Shown here piece after piece: positions 58,053 to 64,000 of a stretch of DNA of 64,000 nucleotides. The translations under genes were made by a program, and so were the position numbers. The notes under the pieces were generated by a model. It searched no databases. It had not been told where the DNA came from and saw only the letters and a program-made list of their open reading frames with translations. This DNA is from an uncultured Candidatus Saccharibacteria bacterium (GTDB lineage: Bacteria; Patescibacteriota; Minisyncoccia; Phycocordibacterales; UBA12088): assembly GCA_964409035.1 (NCBI GenBank), contig CAYPBQ010000003.1:105530-169529 (forward strand), given 5' to 3'. The number at the start of each line of letters is the position of its first letter. Position 1 is the stretch's first letter.

Positions 58053-58904
58053 TTATACCGCGGCACCGGGTACACACAACACCTCACTCTCTTTAAGTAC
58101 GTTCATAACTTTTGCCTCCTTAATGCCGGATTTTCTCATGATGTCTGGATTATCACGGAGTGTTTTGCATAACACCACCTTAGTCTCAAGTAGTCGTTGC
58201 TTCTCCTGAGTCGAGAGTGAGGTAAGGCACGTAAGTGGATGAAGCCCAGTTTCCTCAATTAAATCCTCTAAATTCCCTTTTTTAGGATAGCTCCAGCCAA
58301 TTAGTTCTAGACCTACACACGATGCGTAGTCAATGGCATTTTTAGTAAACTTTGTATTGGTAATGAGTAGTCTGCGGGTTACATCTATGCCACCAGTAAC
58401 AGATACTGCGTGAGCATGAATATCCTCAAACCGTGCATGCACATATAGAGCTACCTTCAGATCAGTTTTCATCCCAAGATTGTTGTGAAATTTAAGCTCT
58501 GCTCCAATTCGCTCCATTCGCTTTTCAGCGAGTACGTCAATTTCATGCTTGGAGCAATGACCTCTAAGCATGACTCCGGTTCTTGCTCGGTAGCCCTTTG
58601 CTCTAAAAATCTCTGAGACAAAACTTTCAAATGGGAATCCGCTTGGTCCTAGATCAAAGAGCGCTCTACGCAATGAGTAGCGAGCCGCAGCTGCTTTGTT
58701 GTTTGAGCGTTGTAATTTTGAATATACCTTTTCGTATATATCATTTGTTGAATTACCCTCCTCTACCTCGTTTGATACTTCCTGTGAGATGGCCTCAATA
58801 TCACCTCTTAACACCCCCAATCGCTTTAGTGACGATTGAAGTTTTGATAATTTAAACGGCTCCTCAGTACCATCGGCTTTTACGATGGGAATTATTTTTT
58901 CCAT
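58053..58904 (-). CDS. ATP-cone plus restriction-endonuclease-like (Mrr-type) protein
   Basis: IVKADGTEEPF..KL ATP cone; FESFV, HEIDV, ELK, ITNTKFT. Confidence 0.8.
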   Translation of the reverse strand: MEKIIPIVKADGTEEPFKLSKLQSSLKRLGVLRGDIEAISQEVSNEVEEGNSTNDIYEKVYSKLQRSNNKAAAARYSLRRALFDLGPSGFPFESFVSEIFRAKGYRARTGVMLRGHCSKHEIDVLAEKRMERIGAELKFHNNLGMKTDLKVALYVHARFEDIHAHAVSVTGGIDVTRRLLITNTKFTKNAIDYASCVGLELIGWSYPKKGNLEDLIEETGLHPLTCLTSLSTQEKQRLLETKVVLCKTLRDNPDIMRKSGIKEAKVMNVLKESEVLCVPGAAV

Positions 58905-58910
58905 ACCCCC

Positions 58911-59999
58911 CTAGTGTACTATGAACCCGCCTCCAATACACCGTGTGCCCTCGTATAGAACGAGCGCTTGCCCAGCTGGTATATGAGTAATAGGAGTCTC
59001 AAGCGCTACAATAGTTTGTTCAGGGGTAACTGATACAACGGTGCACGGAAAGAGTGTTTGCCTGTGCCTAAGTCTTCCGGCAATTTTATCGCCTACTTGT
59101 GGTGAGGAGTTTATCCAATTACAAGAGCTGATACGTATCTCGTTGTGATTATATTCTGGTGAAAGGTAACTAGGGTCGTCACTCACTACAAGTACGTTTT
59201 GTTCAACATCCTTTTTTACCACAAAGTACGGTTGTTGCTTATTAGAGTGCGTCTTAGCCAAGAACCCATGACGTTGCCCTACTGTATAAAAAAGCGCGCC
59301 ATCATGAGTACCAATTTCTTCGCCGTGCTGATTCAGCACCACTCCCCTTTTGGTGGTGACAAAGTGAGATAAAAATTCTTTTAGGTCAATATGCCCCACA
59401 AAGCATAGCCCTTGGCTTTCCTTTCGGGATGCACTTGGTAGCATTGCAGTACTCGCCATTTCTCGCACCACGTCTTTTGTTAGGTGTCCTATTGGAAAAA
59501 GTATGTGTGATAATTGTTCTTGACTAAGTGTCCACAAAAAATATGTTTGGTCCTTATTTTCATCAACACTTCTATGAAGCTCATACTCATTTGTTTTTTT
59601 ATTTACTACGCGTCTTGCGTAATGACCAGTTGCTACTGCGTCAAAACCCTCTTTACGTGCGTAAGAAAGAAAGGCGCCGAATTTAACTTCTTTGTTACAT
59701 AATACGTCTGGGTTTGGTGTTCTTCCTGCTACGTACTCATCAATCATGTAGTTGACCACGAGTTGCTTGTATATGTCCGCAAGGTCTACGGTGGTAAAAG
59801 GTACATCTAGGTGCGTAGCTACTTTGAGAGCATCCTTCCTATCCTGCTCTTGTGAACATGGCAAAAAATCAGGTTGCCACACCTTTATAAATCCTGTATG
59901 TACGGCATTTCCTGCTTCCTTGAGTAGATATGCTGAAAGCGAGGAGTCTACCCCACCTGATAAGCCTACTAGTATTTTTTGTTTGCCTTCTTTTGACAT
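58911..59999 (-). CDS. mnmA: tRNA 2-thiouridylase MnmA
   Basis: SGGVDS, TPNPDVLCN, ATGHYA, KDQTYFL, ESQGLCF. Confidence 0.96.
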   Translation of the reverse strand: MSKEGKQKILVGLSGGVDSSLSAYLLKEAGNAVHTGFIKVWQPDFLPCSQEQDRKDALKVATHLDVPFTTVDLADIYKQLVVNYMIDEYVAGRTPNPDVLCNKEVKFGAFLSYARKEGFDAVATGHYARRVVNKKTNEYELHRSVDENKDQTYFLWTLSQEQLSHILFPIGHLTKDVVREMASTAMLPSASRKESQGLCFVGHIDLKEFLSHFVTTKRGVVLNQHGEEIGTHDGALFYTVGQRHGFLAKTHSNKQQPYFVVKKDVEQNVLVVSDDPSYLSPEYNHNEIRISSCNWINSSPQVGDKIAGRLRHRQTLFPCTVVSVTPEQTIVALETPITHIPAGQALVLYEGTRCIGGGFIVH

Positions 60000-60053
60000 G
60001 CTGTCTATTGTATTACATAACCGAAATCAGGAAAGACCACAAATAGTGTGGTT

Positions 60054-60209
60054 ATGACTATGGAGTATGCGTTAGAAATTGGTACCGTGGCATTCATTAT
60101 TATCGTTTTCTTCTGTATTGTACATTTTATTTCTGAGTGGTGGCTATCATCAGAGAAGAATCTGAATCATAGCAGTGATTGTCTAGTCGATGATGATGTT
60201 GAGCTGTAG
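60054..60209 (+). CDS. Small single-TM protein (51 aa; not in ORF track)
   Basis: MTMEYALEIGTVAFIIIVFFCIVHFISEWW...DDDVEL followed by a terminator. Confidence 0.45.
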   Translation: MTMEYALEIGTVAFIIIVFFCIVHFISEWWLSSEKNLNHSSDCLVDDDVEL

Positions 60210-60216
60210 TTTACTC

Positions 60217-60255
60217 AGGTTTCCACTTGCGACTTTGCGAGTGGAAACCTTTGTT
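60217..60255 (+). terminator. Intrinsic terminator
   Basis: aggtttccacttgc-gacttt-gcgagtggaaacct-ttgtt. Confidence 0.7.
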
Positions 60256-60309
60256 GTATAACGGTACCAGTACCAAGACATATAGATGTCTTGGTCAGAG
60301 GAGAAGGGT

Positions 60310-60468
60310 ATGGAGTACTACATCGGATTCGCTAGCGCTTGGGCGCCAATTGTGGTGGTAATTGCGCTTATAGCAATATACATACTTGGTCAAATGTTCT
60401 GGAGACCACGAAGAAATATTGAGGGAGAGAAAATGAAATCCATATCCGGTCCCGTTTCAAGGGGATGA
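60310..60468 (+). CDS. Small single-TM protein (52 aa)
   Basis: SD GAGGAG then MEYYIGFASAWAPIVVVIALIAIYILGQMFWRPRR. Confidence 0.5.
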   Translation: MEYYIGFASAWAPIVVVIALIAIYILGQMFWRPRRNIEGEKMKSISGPVSRG

Positions 60469-60470
60469 TG

Positions 60471-60501
60471 ATACCCCCCCGCGCGCTGCGCGGGGGGGTA
60501 T
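60471..60501. terminator. Hairpin between convergent genes
   Basis: atacccccccgcgc-gct-gcgcgggggggtat. Confidence 0.7.
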
Positions 60502-60503
60502 TC

Positions 60504-61493
60504 CTAATCAAGATATAGCTGCCTATTTCTAATATGCCCAGCAAATGTACTACTGTAGTACATCTTGCCATCGTCACCTGTAAGGTAGAAAAGATAGTTA
60601 GACTTCTTAGGCGAAAGTGCCGCTTCGATAGATGAAAGTCCAGGGTTAGCAATAGGTCCTGGTGGCAATCCTTTATATTTATACACATTGTATGGTGAAT
60701 CTATTTCAAGATCAGAATGTAGTGGGTGGAATGTTTTAGTTCGTTTTATATACCCAAATACTGCATCAATTTGTAGCGGCATATTGATTGCTAGTCTATT
60801 TTCAATTATTCCTGCTATAGCCTGCCTTGTTTCAAATTTGCGCGCCTCCTTTTCAACCAATGAAGCGATAGTAAGAATTTCATCAATGGTATAGCTTGAG
60901 CTTGCCATGAGCCCCGCAAGATGTTCTGTTCTTAGGTAAAAGGTATTCTCCATTTCTCGCACTATCTTTTTAGGCTTATCAGTTGGAAGAAAGAAGTATG
61001 TATCTGGAAAGAGATACCCCTCCTTTCTCTCTGCGAGAGTAAGAAACTCGTCAGCATTGAATGCATACAATGATTTCTCTAAAATATTTGCTATTTGATA
61101 TGATGTTGCACCCTCAGGAATAGTCACCTTGACCGGATGAATACCGTAGTCACCGCTCAGTATTCTTACTGCTACCGTGTAAGCGCCTACTGGCGTGTTA
61201 AAGGCGTAATCACCAGCCTTAAGAGCGCCTCCATCACCCACCATTCTCACCACCACATCAAACATAAACGCAAATCTAATGATCCTTTCCTGCTCAAGTT
61301 GGTGTGAGATGGTTGAAAGAGTTCCTCCCTCCTCAATGGTAACTATAGTGCCAGATGGAAACGCGCTTGGTGGGCCAATGGTTAGGTATGCTCCTAGCAC
61401 TATAAGACATGCAATTGTACCAGCATAGAATGGTACGGTGATAGGTATTGCTTTGAGCCACAGTAGCCAGGTGATTACGCGAGACTTTTCCAT
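60504..61493 (-). CDS. mltG: Endolytic transglycosylase MltG
   Basis: EGYLFPDTY, ASLVEKE, LQID, SPYN.Y..GLPPGPIANP. Confidence 0.94.
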   Translation of the reverse strand: MEKSRVITWLLWLKAIPITVPFYAGTIACLIVLGAYLTIGPPSAFPSGTIVTIEEGGTLSTISHQLEQERIIRFAFMFDVVVRMVGDGGALKAGDYAFNTPVGAYTVAVRILSGDYGIHPVKVTIPEGATSYQIANILEKSLYAFNADEFLTLAERKEGYLFPDTYFFLPTDKPKKIVREMENTFYLRTEHLAGLMASSSYTIDEILTIASLVEKEARKFETRQAIAGIIENRLAINMPLQIDAVFGYIKRTKTFHPLHSDLEIDSPYNVYKYKGLPPGPIANPGLSSIEAALSPKKSNYLFYLTGDDGKMYYSSTFAGHIRNRQLYLD

Positions 61494-61498
61494 ATTGG

Positions 61499-62755
61499 TT
61501 ATATAGGAAGGTTAGACGGCGCTTCCATTCTGCGTGTTTGTATCTTTTCAAGCATTGGCGTACGCGCAACATCGCCTGGGAAGTGATAAATAGTAGCAAG
61601 CTCTTCCGTAGTAAGTACAAATGGCGTTGGCCAATACTGCATATCAAAAAATGCTCGCCGTCTATACATTCTAAACACTTCTTTCTTTGCGGCGGCACTA
61701 TTCTTACCTCCAAAATCCTGCCAAGGGAAGTTAAAGTCGGCAAGCCACCCTGTTGGTACTATGGTATTCATTTCATTTGAGGCAAAGGGCTTAAACAAGT
61801 TTGCAACCTGCGGCACAATTGATCCGTCATAGGTGTCCTTAGGTCCAAAGTATATTGCACGAATACCAGCTTCAAATGATAATTTCTCTAATGACCGCTC
61901 GAGTGCTTTGACTTTTCTTTGCTGTACATCACTTAACTCGCCAATAGATGGAAGATTCATGGTTCCTCGTGTTGCCTGTAGATCGGTAAGCATCTTTTTA
62001 ATTTCTGCTTTTACCTCATCCTTCATTCTGTCAGTAGTTTTAAACCAGCCAGCATTTTGATCTCCTTTGCGAGCACGTATAACAATCTGTACCCATAATT
62101 GATGCTGAGGTCCCACAAGGCTAAGCAACTCAAGCACTGCGGTTATTGGGTCAACTTTGTATTCCTCCTTTGGATTTTTATCTAGACCATAATCAATATA
62201 GGTAAGAATTGGATACGCGTCTTTTTGTCGTAGCTTATAGTCACACCCCCACAAATTCATAGTGGACTCATCGTACTCACGCAATCTTGCGTAATCCTCA
62301 GATTCAATAATCTGTATATCAGGGTACTGCGCGTATAGCTGTGCTTCAACTTGGTTCTTAAAAAATGAACGGGTGCGTATAAAAAATTTTACCTTGCCTC
62401 CATCTGATACTAGTTCAAGAGACCAAAAGGGTCGCATCTTTGCGAGAACGTACTTATCGTAAAATGTCCCCTCTCCTCCTGCGTTGTGAATGTTGGTAAG
62501 GAATACCTCCATTGCAAGAGGAGACTTATCAATAATGCGAGGGAGCTTTATCTCAAGCAGTGAGTACTTTTGTTTAGAAAGAAAGAAAGCTCGTCTAAAG
62601 TACCATGAGATGCGCCATAGGCCGTATCCAAAAAGTACGGGCGCCCAAATTGGAGAGAGTCGTACAAGTACCACCGCGATGTCGTACGCAAGTGACGGAA
62701 AAAACACAACAATGAACAATCCCACTGTTGCAAATATATATAGATACATACGCAT
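61499..62755 (-). CDS. Conserved CPR-type membrane hypothetical protein
   Basis: N-terminal TMs, LLEIKLP, WSLEL, AQYP, EELATIYHFP, APSNLP. Confidence 0.7.
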   Translation of the reverse strand: MRMYLYIFATVGLFIVVFFPSLAYDIAVVLVRLSPIWAPVLFGYGLWRISWYFRRAFFLSKQKYSLLEIKLPRIIDKSPLAMEVFLTNIHNAGGEGTFYDKYVLAKMRPFWSLELVSDGGKVKFFIRTRSFFKNQVEAQLYAQYPDIQIIESEDYARLREYDESTMNLWGCDYKLRQKDAYPILTYIDYGLDKNPKEEYKVDPITAVLELLSLVGPQHQLWVQIVIRARKGDQNAGWFKTTDRMKDEVKAEIKKMLTDLQATRGTMNLPSIGELSDVQQRKVKALERSLEKLSFEAGIRAIYFGPKDTYDGSIVPQVANLFKPFASNEMNTIVPTGWLADFNFPWQDFGGKNSAAAKKEVFRMYRRRAFFDMQYWPTPFVLTTEELATIYHFPGDVARTPMLEKIQTRRMEAPSNLPI

Positions 62756-62813
62756 GCCAATACAGTATAGCAGTCTAGTGCGTATGATTAAAAGCGCCTA
62801 GTGGGAATGTAAC

Positions 62814-63851
62814 CTACTCATCATCACGCAAGACGTAGTGACCTTGCTTATCTCGCTTAAAGAGGTTGGTATCCTGAAGATTAACAACAATGGTGTTGTC
62901 CTTAACATAACGCTCGCGCTTCACTCGCTCAACAATATCTTGCCGTGAAAGTGCGCCATTTGCTCTAAGAATATCTATTATTACATCTTTAACTACACCA
63001 TTTGCGTATCCCCATTCCTTAAGAGCATAAAGTCCTCTTCCAACAAGCACAAAGCGGCCATCCTTTATGAGTTCATTATGGCAGGTAGCTTCATGAGCCT
63101 TCTTATTAAATAGTTCAGTTATTGCGTGCGCAACTTCCCTGAAGTGCATTGGCGAACCATGTCGCTTGATAACAAGATATGCATAGTCTCGTATACCCTT
63201 AACGCGTACATTTGGAGAATCAAACCTCCCCCATTCTCCTAGTGGATTTCTACCAAGCTGCTTTGAAAGTGATAGCCAGCGCCGCACAATTTCTTCGTTG
63301 AGATAGGTATCGTTAATACCTTTAAGGTCATCAAGAATTCTTTCAATAAGATCATGCTCAGGAATAAGCTCATCATCAGCAAGATTCTTGTATAGAGTTT
63401 TTAATGACTTCTGAACCTTTTCAGCTAAATCCTTGTCTACCAACCAGCGATTCTTTAGCTCTGGAGTTTCTTTTTCATGAACAAAGGGAATACCAACCAC
63501 AAGCAGTAAGTGGAAATGATTTTGCGTGACAGACTCTTTTGAAAGAAGTGGCAAAAGCTCCTCTTCAGCGATAACACCTCCGTAACCCTCGATTACCGCT
63601 TTTAGCTCCTCAAAGACCTGAGCATGCTCATCAAAAACTTTTGATTTTCGTATTAGTGATAACGCGTAGTTTTCAATTTGTCGTACGCGTTCTCTGGTAA
63701 TGCCATATCTGCCTCCGATTGCCTCAAGGGTCATTCGCTCGGGGTTTTTACCAAGTCCATATCTGCTCTCCAACACCTCACGGGCCCTTGTTGGGAGTAC
63801 GGAAAGAAGCTTTTTTGTGATTTGTTTTGGCTTAAATGTTGGCTTTACCAT
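62814..63851 (-). CDS. Sigma70 region-4 HTH fused to winged-helix (HARE-HTH-like) domains
   Basis: RYGL..TLEAIG...ITRERVRQIE; HGSPMHF...HNELI..RFVLVGRGLYALKEWG; no sigma region 2. Confidence 0.8.
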   Translation of the reverse strand: MVKPTFKPKQITKKLLSVLPTRAREVLESRYGLGKNPERMTLEAIGGRYGITRERVRQIENYALSLIRKSKVFDEHAQVFEELKAVIEGYGGVIAEEELLPLLSKESVTQNHFHLLLVVGIPFVHEKETPELKNRWLVDKDLAEKVQKSLKTLYKNLADDELIPEHDLIERILDDLKGINDTYLNEEIVRRWLSLSKQLGRNPLGEWGRFDSPNVRVKGIRDYAYLVIKRHGSPMHFREVAHAITELFNKKAHEATCHNELIKDGRFVLVGRGLYALKEWGYANGVVKDVIIDILRANGALSRQDIVERVKRERYVKDNTIVVNLQDTNLFKRDKQGHYVLRDDE

Positions 63852-63908
63852 ATACGTTTGTTATTTGTAACACATCAAATGAATTACGTCAATAATGCAC
63901 AAATCTAG

Positions 63909-64000
63909 CTACGGCGCAGTTACGTAGCTTATAATTTTGTTCTCCACGTACACGATTTTTGATGGCTCTCCCTGCCCTAGCCACTTTTGTATCTCATCTA
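63909..64000 (-). CDS. leuS: 3' end of leucine--tRNA ligase (partial)
   Basis: DEIQKWLGQGEPSKIVYVENKIISYV* resembles the LeuRS C-terminal KW...K.IYV..K motif. Confidence 0.65.
   Translation of the reverse strand, partial: DEIQKWLGQGEPSKIVYVENKIISYVTAP

Overview
Chromosomal window from a small-genome bacterium whose gene content points to Patescibacteria/CPR (Parcubacteria-like). The pointers are a shortened AlaRS, an archaeal-type AspRS, few Shine-Dalgarno sites on core genes and CPR-type hypotheticals; this assignment is inference. Most of the window is housekeeping: recR, dnaB, aminoacyl-tRNA synthetases (cysS, gltX, aspS, trpS, alaS, 3' end of leuS), the alpha operon with rplM-rpsI, grpE-dnaK-dnaJ, mraY-ftsW-murG, scpAB, mnmA, mltG and a zwf-pgl-LOG-SIS-ROK sugar cluster. 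Accessory DNA lies at about 1-3.6 kb (truncated serine recombinase, metal-binding genes), 21-24.6 kb, 35.6-36.3 kb and 60-60.5 kb. Four features stand out. (1) A translationally coupled run of membrane protein, PlsC-like acyltransferase, acyl-ACP-reductase-like enzyme and 7TM histidine kinase is a candidate lipid-derived signal synthase/receptor system. (2) A Fur-family regulator sits divergent from a CooC-like ATPase and a small Cys/His protein. (3) Two stand-alone structured RNAs each have their own promoter and terminator and share an architecture. (4) Core genes show a pervasive leaderless-type arrangement. I saw no rRNA, tRNA or CRISPR array. All calls come from motif recognition by eye; no searches were run.
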